The translations under genes and the position numbers were made by a program. The notes below the pieces were generated by a model. The model did not search any database. It was not told where the DNA came from and saw only the letters and a list, made by a program, of their open reading frames with translations. Shown one piece after another: positions 52,324-64,000 of a DNA stretch of 64,000 nt. The DNA is from Amoeboaphelidium protococcarum X5 (Eukaryota > Fungi > Aphelidiomycota): contig JALDTO010000192.1 in the NCBI GenBank assembly GCA_023515725.1, positions 310,001 to 374,000 on the forward strand, in the 5' to 3' direction. Every line of letters starts with the position of its first letter. Positions within the stretch are counted from its first letter, which is position 1.

Positions 52324-54545
52324 TCATAGAAGAGCTTTGCCTTTAGCACCACCTTGTTGCTTCTATTAAGCAAGTTCTTCGTATAGACTATCGATGATTT
52401 AACGATACTTCTTGGCAGCCACATTCCTCTTCAACTTGAACGATGGTGTCAGAAGATCATTCTCAACGGAGAAGAGTTCATATTCCACATGGATGTTCTT
52501 TGGCAACTCAAAGCCGGCCAGTTTTCTCTTTCGAGCAATACCGGCAAGTTCCTTCAACAGCAAGTCTTTCACCTGAGGCAGTTTAACCAAAGCACTAGCA
52601 TCTTTGGCAGCCTGCGTGGTGAGCAGTGACTTCTTAGTAGCCCAGTTGACTATGCGCTCCTAATCAGGCACCACAATGGCCACAAGTTCACTCTGCAAAG
52701 AGTCTCCGTGCACAAAGATTTACGCAATAAAAGGACTCCCGGTGCCAAATACAACTTCCAACTTCTCTGCAGCCACGTACTCACCTTGTGCCAACTTGAA
52801 AATGTTCTTCTTACGGTCAATTATAGCCATAGTACCACTAGGTGAAATCTTTCCAATATCGCCAGTCAACAACCAACCATCTTCCGTGATAGTCTCTCTA
52901 GTCTTCTCCACGTCCTTATAATACCCCTTCATGACATTGTGACCGCGAATGCAAATCTCTCCACGCGGCTCCGGATCGCGACTTGTATAGCCCATCTCTG
53001 GCACGTCCACTAGCTTGTACTCATTACAAATGATGGGAGCTCCAACTTGGCCAGTGGTATAATCACCCGGGAATGTCAACGTGGATCCAGCGGCGCATTC
53101 AGTCTACCCAAATCCTTCCAAGATTTCACAGCAGAACACAGCGCGTAGGAACGTCAGAACATCTCCACCAATCGGTGCACTGCCAGTAATCATCAGCCGC
53201 ACCCTTCCACCAAGAACTTATCTCACCTTGGCAAACAGGGTCCAATCATAAACACTCTATTTACTCTCAATCTTTGGATCTTGCAGAATCGCCACTTTAC
53301 TGGCCACCGCCTTTCTAAATAGCCATCCTTTCAGACCACCAGCTTTGACTGTGCCCTCCGTCAGCTTATCATAGATTCTGTTAAACAGGCGCGGCACAGA
53401 TGGAAAAAAGGTTGGCTTCAGCTCTTGGACATCTTCAACCAAAAGCAGAACATCTCCCCGATAGAATCCAATAGATGCACCACATCCCAAAATAGAAGTG
53501 ACTAATACACGCTCAAAGCAATGCGCAAGTGGTAGATACGAAATGTGAACATCCTACGCTTCCAACGTTATTCCATGTTATCCAATAGAATGAGCGGCAC
53601 TAACAAAATTCTTGTGCATCAACAGAGCACCCTTAGGATTGCCAGTTGTTCCACTAGTGTAGCAGATAGTGCATATATCCTCAGCTTATGGTGGGCGGTG
53701 AGGCTTGACAGACTTTCGACCCAGGTCCTCCACTTGCTGGAAATCAAATAATTGAATTCCCTTCTCATTAGCCCACTCTTGCAGGATGTTAGTTGACTTG
53801 TCACCACTCTTCAGCTAATCCATAGATACTATGACTTTAAGTGACGGACACTAGGAGGCCACTTTCAACAGTGAAGGAACTTTATCACCAGAACATACGA
53901 CCACACCAAGTTCAGCATGATTGATGGTAAACTTGAGGATATCAGCACCCAGGGTGTCATACAATGCAACAGATATCAGACTGTAAGAAGAGCATGCAAG
54001 ATCAGTAATGAGCCACTCTGGACGATTAATAGAGTAAATTCCCACGTGCCACTGAGTGTCTTTCTTGTGAGCAGGCAGCTGATGACTAGCGGCTGATTAA
54101 GCAATGCTAGGTATCTATTGCTGCAATTGCAAAAGACCACTCCCAAATGCAGTCACTCTCTCATCCACCTACGTGAAATTCTACCATTCATACGGACCAG
54201 CTTTCCCATCGCTCGAGATCTTGCGCTTTCCCAAACAGTTCTACAACAATCGCATTAAACATAAATATAGTTAATAAGCACACTTGGAAGTAACAGGAAC
54301 ATACAGCCTTAGGACTAATCTTGAGTCCACGTTGAAAGTTTTCATACAAAGTGGTTACATCCTTTGGCATAAACACGCCATCCAAGCAATTGGCATTTCT
54401 ATACACAGCTACACACATATTCACTTAGTAAAGTCAAGATCATCATCATGGATGTATAATCAAGTATAAACTTACCACTTTCTCCCTCTTTAGGAACAGT
54501 GACTGGCTTAGCATACGGACCGCGGGATTATGGAGCGTTCGGCAT
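52324..54545 (-). CDS. Long-chain acyl-CoA synthetase (ACSL-type); introns 54409-54475 and 54241-54304
   Basis: [13 protein letters not shown]; [11 protein letters not shown]; EGFGQTE (Q=TAG); [10 protein letters not shown]; [17 protein letters not shown]; [10 protein letters not shown]. Confidence 0.95.
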
Positions 54546-54601
54546 AACTACTTTAATTGCTTTAATAAATGCTGACTACAGTACACTCAAACAATTTCAA
54601 G

Positions 54602-54606
<5 letters not shown>

Positions 54607-54633
<27 letters not shown>

Positions 54634-54646
54634 TGAGAGAGAGCGA
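54607..54646. repeat. (GA)n microsatellite upstream of the acyl-CoA synthetase
   Basis: Direct read. Confidence 0.9.
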
Positions 54647-54882
54647 GCGTGTGAGTTAAACAGATACCGTAAGACAAAATGAGGAGGAGCGAAAGAAGAG
54701 CGTGAGAAAATGAGAGAAAAACAACGCGCGTCCTCCCAACTGTCCAGCAGATCCAATTGAAGGCAAAGGCAAAGAAGAAGCGCCTGGACAGAGACTAAAC
54801 GCGCCAACCGTTGGGGAAATACTCACTGTGAGATTTAATTATAAAATCTTTGCATTATTACGATAATAGTTAAATGTAAAAG

Positions 54883-55900
54883 ATGGTCTAAATTATTGAT
54901 ATTGCTGTTAATGTCACAGGTATGTCAGTCTAGTAATATTCGCTCTGACATGTTTAAAAATACTGAACAACGCGCGCTTAATTATGTAGATTACATGTTT
55001 AGAGGAACGTATCATGGCAAACGTGTACATGGTGAGGATTTTAAGCTCATGATTGATAGAGCACATCAGGTCGGAGTAACTGGTATTCTAGCCACGGGGA
55101 CATCCCTCAAATCTAGCAGATAATGCATTGAAGTATGCAAGCAATACTCGAATATGTTTTGCACAACTGGAGTTCATCCTACAGAGTCTTAGACATTTCT
55201 CAAAGACCCTGAAGGTCATTTACACCAGTTGAAGCAGTTGATTTAACAGAATCCTAATTAAGTAATCGCTGTCGGTGAATGTGGATTAGATTATGATAGA
55301 TTGCAATTCTGTCCCAAGGATATTTAATACAAATTCTTTCTCAAGTAGTTGGAGTTGGCACGTGAAGTTAAACTGCCCCTATTTCTGCATAATCGGAACA
55401 CTGGAGATGATTTTGTTAATGTCATGAGGTAATATGGTCGTGGACTGGCTGGTGTTGTTCACTCGTTCACTGGCACTGTGGAGGAGATGAAAATGCTGAC
55501 TCAGGAACTCGGTCTGAGCATCGGTGTCAATGGATGTTCCATGAAGACGGAAGAGAATTTAGAGGTGGTGCGGTAGATACCTGTGGAAAAGTTGATGGTT
55601 GAGACTGATGCGCCATGGTGTGAAATCAAGTAAAGTCACGCGTCATATAAGCTTATAGATAAGGAACTTTTGCCGTTTCGATCAGTGAAGAAGGAGCGTT
55701 TCACAGAAGGCGCGATGGTGAAGGGGCGAAACGAGCCGTGTCAGGCGGTGGAAGTTCTGTACGTGCTGTCAAAGCTGAAAGGGATCGCCTACGAAGAACT
55801 GGCGGGCATTGTGTTTCAAAACACTTGCAGAATGTTTCCTGCTTTCGCCGTAAAGGAGGCTACTGTTTCTCTATCAGACAAGGACTTTCCTTCTCTATGA
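54883..55900 (+). CDS. TATDN1: TatD-family deoxyribonuclease; intron 54920-54989
   Basis: [15 protein letters not shown]; TTGVHP; [12 protein letters not shown]; LPLFLHNR; GVVHSFTG; ETDAPWC; GRNEP. Confidence 0.95.
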
Positions 55901-56087
55901 TTATTACGAGTAGTTATTTTGTAGATTCCCATTTGCTGAATGCAAGGCTGATAAAACGCTCGGGTTAAAGATTTCCTTTAATGAACATTTTGTGTGAAAA
56001 CGGTGAAAATTGAATGTCGATCATTTTTAAATCCGCCATCAGTTAAATTCTTCAATATTATTGAGCGAAATATATTTTTTTAAAGAT

Positions 56088-57674
56088 ATGGCTTCATTAT
56101 AGAATAAGAAAGACAGTTAGGAAGAGTAGTTGGAATCTGTTCTATTTGGAGCTGTTCAATTCAAAAACACTGTGTTAACTGACGCGTCTAATGAAGAATC
56201 GTTTTAGAACATCTAACAGCTGTCCACTGCGAAAGACTCTGATCTGTTTGTTGTGGATACAGGTAATACTGAAGATCGTGATGATATCGATAAAGATGAA
56301 ATTCTTGGCTCTGGAAACGCTCGCTCTGGTACAATAGCCAGAAAAGCTGTATGGGAAGATGATGATGACGATGATTTGCAAGATCGCGGCGACAATGACA
56401 AATCCGAGATTGATCAAGTATCATTATTGATTTAGAGCAGAACTAAAAAGTTGAGGCGCGATATCAGCGAAGAGTCTGTGGATGTTAGTGAGTATGAGCA
56501 AAGACTAAGATCGCAGTATGAGTCAATATATGGCCGTCCAAAGTGGGCTCAAATGGACGATGATGCCAATGCTAATGAAGATCTATCTGCAGCTGGTAGA
56601 TTGTTAGCTAGCACTAAATCAGTTCTAGATACATAGGCGCGTCTTGGTTAATCTAAAATTGAATTCACGCGCTTGAAAGACGTTAATTTTAAAAAGTACT
56701 TCAATGGAGTTGTGACTAGTCTGTCTTGGTACCCCCTGCATGACTAAATTCAGCGGCCGATTATCTGTGCTTCGTCGCTTGACAAATCTGTAAAGTTGTT
56801 CAAGATTGGAACTCAGGCCATGTCCAGTTATGGTCTGGGTGAAGATGAGAATGAGTAACTGCATTCATTTTTCTTCCAGGAGCTTGGTGGAGTACGCAGT
56901 GCCCAATTCAGTCCAGATGGACAAGAGATTGTTGCCACGGGTAGGAGAAGATTTTTCTACGGTATTGATGTCGCCACTGGGAAGGATACCAAAATACCTC
57001 AGATCCAGACTAGATCCGATAAATTTTATGAACGGTTCAGATTTTCTCCTGATGGCAAGTGGCTAGCTTTTGCTGGTGATGGCGGAGATGTGATCATGTG
57101 CGATGCCAAGTCCAAATTATTCGCGTTTGCACTCACTCTCCCCAATGGGGCTGGTCTGAGGGACTTTGATTTCACCGCTGATGGTTAATTTGTAGTGGCT
57201 GTTGATGCGGAAGCTAATGTGTGCATATGGAGCATGTCGACGCGTCGCTGTGTGAACCGATTTAAGGTGGACGGTGCTCTTCATACCACCAAGCTCAAAG
57301 TTGGCGAGATGTACACCTACATTGGTGACGATTGTGGAATAGTGTCCATGTACGATACTAGTTCTATTCTTAAGCGTGGCAGTTCTAATGTACCTGTAAA
57401 GTCGCTTACCAACCTGACCACTGGAATCAGTTGCCTCTCTATAGGTGGCGGCAATGATGAGTTGATGTGCATGGGATCTAAAACGAAGAGGGATCAATTG
57501 AGGATTGTTAATTCTAATTCCGGTTAGCCTATTGTATACGGTAATTGGCCAAATCTGAACACTCCTCTTGGACATGTGCAGTGCGCGGAATTCAGTCCGT
57601 CTGCTGGCCATTTTGCCGTTGGTAATGACAAAGGTCGCATTCTGCTTTACCGATTCCCGCAGTATAACTTATGA
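56088..57674 (+). CDS. UTP18: U3 snoRNA-associated WD40 protein Utp18 (528 aa)
   Basis: EEQLESVLFG; AVWEDDDD; YEQRLRSQYESIYGRPKWA; YGNWP...TPLG; FSPSAGHFAVGNDKG. Confidence 0.92.
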
Positions 57675-57918
57675 TCAAGCTCGGTAATGTATTAGTTTCA
57701 ACTCAACGGTATTTGCTTTGTCTTTATTGAGTTAAAAATATCTATTTTACTTCATTGATAGTATGATATTGATAACGTTCTTAAGTAGCAATACAATCAT
57801 AAAACGTTCTCCCTTTTGCGAGTTTCCTTTTCATTTGGAACGAGAGAGATTCTCTTCTGAACAATAAAGACGCGCAACGTCTCCCTTCTAATAATAAGCA
57901 TACCATTTAGTACTAGTT

Positions 57919-60900
57919 ATGGACATTGTTAAAAAGTAGTTGAGTTCTAATATTGGTAATGTTTAGAATTATAGTCTTTCAACATGGCTCCTTTAGTAGA
58001 AGCACAATCCTAATTAATATGTCCAAGAATCATTAAAGTTTATTCAGGATGGTGATATTCCCGTGTGGGTACGTTGTAAGTTGATGGACACCTTGACTGA
58101 TGTGGATATGCTGTTGGATGCTCTGCTTCCCTTTGTATCTGACTGTCATATTCTGCCTGATGCTCTTATACGCGTACTGTTGAGTCAAGTGGCAAAATTT
58201 GGGAAATCTGACCAGTTGCCATTGAATCGTGATCCATTAGTTCGAATCGCTTCAGAACGTCCAGAGTGTCTTAGACTTTCTTCGTCAGATGGGGCGTGGT
58301 CTCTGAATCTGATGAAATATGTTGTAGTCTAGTCTAGCTACCCACTGCCATGCTTTAATGATATATTCTATGAACTAGGTGATCATTACAATTCTGGTGA
58401 TTTTGTGGGTGCTGATACTAGATTGAGGTTCTCTTAGTTTCTGGCGGATTACTTGCGCAATGTCCCCCTAATCTCAAAGGATTATGTCAAACGATAGAGA
58501 ATGTATAGAATGCTTACTTAGGATTAAAACTAGGATGTTTTATTAGCAGAGCTGTAGCTGGTTGATGTAAAATCTTCAATCCGTTCTGGCGTGTCTTAGA
58601 GTTTTGATCTTTCGCGTTTACGTTCTAGTCACTAGGATAGTGCAATTGGAATCTAGTTGATGTTATGCGATTTACTTTTGGATACTAATTCATCTTTGGA
58701 TCTTATTGAGGTGATTGTTGAATATCTGTCCAAGTTTGAGACGCTGGCGATGTTTGTGAAGCCTGCCTTGATATGGAAGTCCTTCTAGGTAAATGTTATT
58801 GACAGCGCGTTATCTCAGTAGTGTGCATCTCTGCTAATGAGTAAGAAGTTTATTATTGTTGCATAGCCGTCTACTATAAAGCTTTAGTCTGATTATGCTC
58901 ATTATTTAGTGACCAAGTTTTATGGAGATTAACAGGATGAATTGGACGATCAGAGCATCTTATCTTATTTAACCAGTTTATTGAGTGCAGAGAATGTAGA
59001 CCAGCATAGAATGTTGTTGAAGAAATGTAGAAACTAACAGCTGTCATCTAATTCTTTGAGTGGAATTTTTAGTATATTGGTGTATATAATGGGCAAAAGT
59101 TCAGAAATTAAACTGGTCAAATACATTATAATTGAGAGTTTACCGTAATTGCTAAGTATGTGCAATCAAGATGGCAACCTTACCGGCATTGTGATCAAGT
59201 TTTATTTAAGGTTGTTGGAGAATGAAGGCAATGGCTTGTATATTTACGCGTTAAATGGTCTATTGCAATGCTTTTTTGTAAATAATCGCGTCTGGAACTA
59301 CCTATTAGATGTATTGCATCAATTTCTGAACAGGACTCCGGCAGTTGTTATTAAGAGTGAACTTCAGGGATGGAAGAGAAAAAAGTTTCATGCCGCATTA
59401 TACAGTGCAAATTTGTTATGTCATCAACGTTCTGATTAATGCGGAATTTAACTGCTTTCTTTAATGTTCTAATTGGTCGAAAATTATATGGATGATTTGT
59501 AAGAGGCTGAAAAGCATTTAATTTTGGACTCAGTTTGTTCGCTAGTGCAATAGAGTATTGTTGAGGTGTACGAGATTTGGAACATTATGATTTAAAAGTT
59601 GGTTGACTCTGTGCACTTGGAGGATTGTGGATAAGCTTTGCGATCCAGCATAATGCAATTTTATGGTTTGATTGCCGTTACAACTGGAGAATAGGAGCCT
59701 TTGATGGTATTGCGAAACGAAGTTATTGAAAGTATAATTTTGCCATATTCTGGTCTTGTTGAATTGGAAGATGGAACGTGTCCGGATGTAGATTAGTTTA
59801 GCTGCAGATCTTTGGCTCAGCTTCCGTCAGAGTTCCTGCTTGAGCGATTGAATTTGGAGAGAGTAGAGTTGTGCTTTGTTACTGATCCTGTTGCTGTATA
59901 GCCAGTGTTGGAGAATCTAATAAAGTATGAGATTGATAATATGCGACGTCCAGTGTTTAAGGCACTGAAAGAGGCTACTACCTAAGGTGGCTTTAAATCG
60001 CAGACTCAACATCATTAGTCCGAGACTGATTTGGCTACCAATGCTTAGAGAATGTATGATATTGTCATGGAATAGTTTGTTTAGTACTGGGATTTTAAAG
60101 CTCCTACTGATGTCGCGTCTGGACTAGTGTTTGCCTATTCATACTCATCTATGATCTTTAGTGAGCGCATACTATTGGCTTTAGAAAAGAAACTTGAGCA
60201 GAATGTCACAAATACGTTGTATGACATGATGCTAGATATGGCATTGCACAACCTGCCTTGCAGTGACATTTACGTAACCATTACTGCTGGACTTCCTCAT
60301 TTCCGTTAATTATTTACAGTCTTCTTGCCCAAGTTTACCCAGAGCAAAATGGGCGACTATGAAATTGTCGGTGTGCTATGTGATCTTTTAAAAGTGCTCC
60401 TATTTGAAAAGTTTGAAAAGTCCAACAATGTGAACTGCAAGATTAACGTTCAATTTGCTGCCTGTGCATTCGTTGCCTGCGGAGTTCAATTGTACCCGTC
60501 TGCTGGTGGACCTCTTCTCTAGTTGATCTTGGAGTTTTGGCAGCGTCTTGTGGCAAGAGAGTAGATCATGACCGAATCTCTCTTCTGCTCCATAATTGTT
60601 GCGTATGCCGCATTATTCTAGTATGCGCTTGATGTTAATGAGAATCTGTGCTTCCAGTTACTTCAAATGCTCTTTGGTCGCTCTTAAAAGTCTAAGTAAG
60701 GTGAAAATTGTCTATTTTATTTCGTTGGATCATGTGCGCATCTAATTTCAATGGATTAGTATAAATCTCTGGGATTTTAGAAATTGCGGTCACTGTTTGA
60801 ATCTTTGAAGAGCGACTCCTCCGCCCAGTTGAAGAATGTATCCACATTTGATGCGTTGTCGATGCAGAAGTGCGAATACTATTTAATTGGAATGGGCTAG

Positions 60901-62859
60901 AGTATCGCTGTTAATATGAAGCTTGCTTATTAGTATAAAGAGTTTTACCAGTTGGCCAAGCAAGTGCTATTAAAATTGAATTACGATACTGCCGATGCTA
61001 ACCAGCTAGAATTCAATTTGGCTGCCATCCGTGTATGCTGCCATTTGATTACCGTCTTTTCAGAGACTGAGTTTGAGCAGGCTGATAGTTTGAATTTGAT
61101 CAGACAAGCCATCATAATTCTGACCAATAACACTGCATATTACGGTATTATGGGGTCATTGTACCGAACACATGCCGTGATGCTGCGCTCTTTGGTTGTT
61201 AAATCGCCTCGGTATGAGATTGATTTCTACAATGTGTTGACAGAAATCCAATCAGATCTTTCAATCGCCAAGTATCCATCTGTGCTGAGAGAAGCTAGAG
61301 TAGAGTAATTGCAGATACTTATTGGTGTCTCTTATTGGTCTCATGATGTAGATGTGATGGATGAGAATTGCCACAACAATCTTCAAGTTGAAGGATAGTA
61401 TCAGCAGCTGGCGTCTCGTGCACTAAACATTCTTTTTAGAGTATCAGGATTTTCGCAGAGTGGAGACAAACATAAGGCTAATGCAGATCTGAAAGCCGTC
61501 AGAGCATCTATAATTGGTGTTATAAAGTTCCTATCTGCTTTTATCGCGCTAGGTGTTCCATCCGAGTAGTTAAGCGGCTCTGGTAAAACTGACATGGCAC
61601 GAATACAGACAATGAATGAGCCTTTTGATTATTCTAGATTGGCCAAAGATGAAAGCTATTTGAGATTGGTGTATGATACGTTATAATCACATGCTGACAA
61701 TGAAGACGTGATTTAGTGTTGTCTGTAGATATTGCTATCTTTCAATGGGCCTCTGCCGTATATCAATTGGTCCTCTGCTTTGCGTATTTGCTTTGAACAT
61801 GAAAGACTGATTCCTCTTGCTCTGCGCTTTGTCGAGAAGCATATGCATTACTCTAAATCAGTGCTGCAGTTTGCGCTGGCTCTGTTTACGGACGCGCCGA
61901 CTCAAAGCTCAGATGAAGTGCTGCAATGGATCATGTCCAGTGGGTTAGAGTAACTCTTGATTTTGGCTAATCAGTCTCAAGTGTAGCCGGTGAGAGTAAA
62001 GTTGATATTGTAGCAGTTTTACTCGCTGAGTGATAACTAATTCGGTACTTTGTCAGTTGTGCACAGAGTTTGTAAAGCGCAGACACTCATTAAGCCGCTT
62101 TAGAATATGCTGGTTTAATTCTTCCAAGAGCGTCTTGACTCTTTATAGTTCTCTAATCTGACTTTGACTCAAGCAGAAGAATGTAAATACCATGCACGAT
62201 TAATTGCTGGAATGTATGACTTGCTGAGAATGAATGGCGCAAAGAATTTACTTAGAGACATCCCGAAGTAAATGTCAAGTGAAGTGGTTCCGCTGAAGCA
62301 TTTTGTTGGTTTATGCTTTTTAGTTCAGGATTTTATTACCAAGAGTAAGATTTTATACTCTTAGATCCTAAATGCCAATGATGATGCTCAGCTAAAGGCT
62401 TTCAAACTGTCTGTATGGATTTCAACTTTGCATTTGAGTCTTGAATAGTACTTTTAAATATCTGACCTATTTTATATCTACTGGAAATAGTGCTAGACTG
62501 GGGAACATTTTGACGACGCGTGGAAGTTGTTCGTGTAATTTACTATGGTTGTTCTAGGTACTTGTGCACCGCAATTTACAGGAGATTGGTAGTAATGGTG
62601 TGAAGACTTGTCCTTTCAAGATTCCTAGTATCTGCATCAGCTGTTCAAGATTGAGATGGTATAAACGTTGTCTTAAGCGAATCAATAAACACTGCAAGCC
62701 TTCATGAGTAGATTAGTCAAGATTTTCAGGTTGGGTAATATTACAAAAGCTGTGAAAGATGACACACGTTTCCTGATATTGCAATTGATGCCGAGTGTGG
62801 AAGAGTTTTAATCTATCGTAGATAAAAGAAGTTACCTGTAACTGTTCGATGACTTATGA
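57919..62859 (+). CDS. FOCAD: Focadhesin/RST1-like ARM-repeat protein (1646 aa)
   Basis: ORF-track fragments 58063-61953 share one frame with ATG 57919 and TGA 62857; EIDNMRRPVF, PFDYSRL and LPYINWSSAL resemble focadhesin blocks. Confidence 0.7.
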
Positions 62860-63545
62860 ACACTCTAAAATATATATTGGATAAACTTGAAATTTTACTC
62901 CAAAGTGATAATTGGTCTATTTAAATGTCGCTTTTGAATTTATCTCATTGAATTTTAACGCGATCCCATTACATACGCGACTCACATTCCTCAATTGCAG
63001 ATTTCGTTACTAAGAATTTAATTAAATCACCTATATGAAAAACATGTATAAAAATGTTAACATCAACATCAATCTCTGAGATATAAAAATGCGCAACATA
63101 TGAACTCAGTTGATTCACAAATACCATGCATACCCTGATTGTAACACTTTCAACTTGAAACGACGCGCGTGCAATCACTCATTCAACCTTAACCGAAGGG
63201 CGATCGTTCGTTCCAAATTGGCCACTATAAAAGCGGAATGATCATACGCACTAATTTCTTTTCGGTACTTACCTTATGGGATGTTCAGGCTCAAGTACCC
63301 TGAACATAGTCAACGTTGTTTTCGCATTGCACACCGCGGATTCAATGTTGGCTGGAATCTTCGGATATCCCTCATTAAATTTTTGTTGCGCTCAGCGCTT
63401 CTTATTTAATTTAAAACCTTCAAAGCCTGTTAAAAGTCCTAAGTGTGAAATCTCCATCAACGTGACAAAGTACGCGCCTTCAAATTGTTTCAATCCTCCT
63501 CTTGCATCTCTCGCATACTTTTACCATCCACCATCAAATTACGAA

Positions 63546-64000
63546 ATGGCAGAGATATTTTTCACTGGATAAATAGTTAAAGCAACAGACTTTCCGCAAT
63601 CTTCAATAACTGTTAAATACAGAGTCATCACTGGCGATAAAGAGAGTGATGGTAACAGTAATAATAATAACTGGGTGCTGGTTGAAGGTTTGACTTCAGG
63701 TGCGACTCAGATTGACTCGAGCGCTGAAACAACGAATGGTCAGGCCATCTTTGCACAGCCAATAGAACTCCACTACTCTGTGAAAAGTCTTCGAGGATGG
63801 CCCAAGATTATATTTGAAGTCTACCATATTGATGACTAGAATAGAGAGATTCTGTATGGATACGGTGTCTCGCATCTGCCATTGACTCCGGGAATGCATA
63901 ATAGTATTGAATGTCTCATCTGGCGTCCCACAAGTATGTCACTGTATGAAAGACTCTCCTCCTACTTCTGGAACATTTAGTCAAAGCTCCAAGATGTGGA
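63546..64000 (+). CDS. B9D2: B9 domain ciliary transition-zone protein B9D2 (runs off the window end)
   Basis: MAEIFFTGQIVKATDF; WVLVEG...GATQ; PIELHY...LRGWPKI; LYGYG...LPLTPGMH; WRP. Confidence 0.92.

Noticed and set aside
63225-63272. Minus-strand GTAAGT...TATAG intron implying a small gene between focadhesin and B9D2
   Set aside because: No convincing spliced ORF; left unannotated.

Overview
This is gene-dense, AT-rich eukaryotic nuclear DNA that uses a non-standard genetic code: TAA and TAG encode glutamine and TGA is the only stop (translation table 6). The supplied ORF track is therefore fragmented. Re-read with TAA/TAG=Gln, the fragments join into about 29 full-length genes that end at TGA. 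A myosin-motor chitin synthase sits alongside flagellar or animal-like genes (B9D2, FoxJ/N-like forkhead, ferritin, focadhesin, tetraspanin, promethin). This points to an early-branching holomycotan, most likely the aphelid algal parasitoid Amoeboaphelidium protococcarum, where this code is already known; the species call is my inference. Less expected observations: (1) all 15 inferred short introns end in GTAG, 14 of them in TGTAG; (2) a single 987-aa MOB1-linker-GFOD oxidoreductase fusion has a TAG exactly where MOB1 normally ends; (3) an ~8.5-kb patchwork of Helitron, tyrosine-recombinase, Copia, Gypsy and nuclease fragments has a convergent strand bias; (4) several candidate parasitoid effectors are present (Crinkler-like NTPase-REase, solo REase, secreted F-box, secreted polyQ/Gly-repeat protein). 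All translations and coordinates were done by eye and no database search was run.
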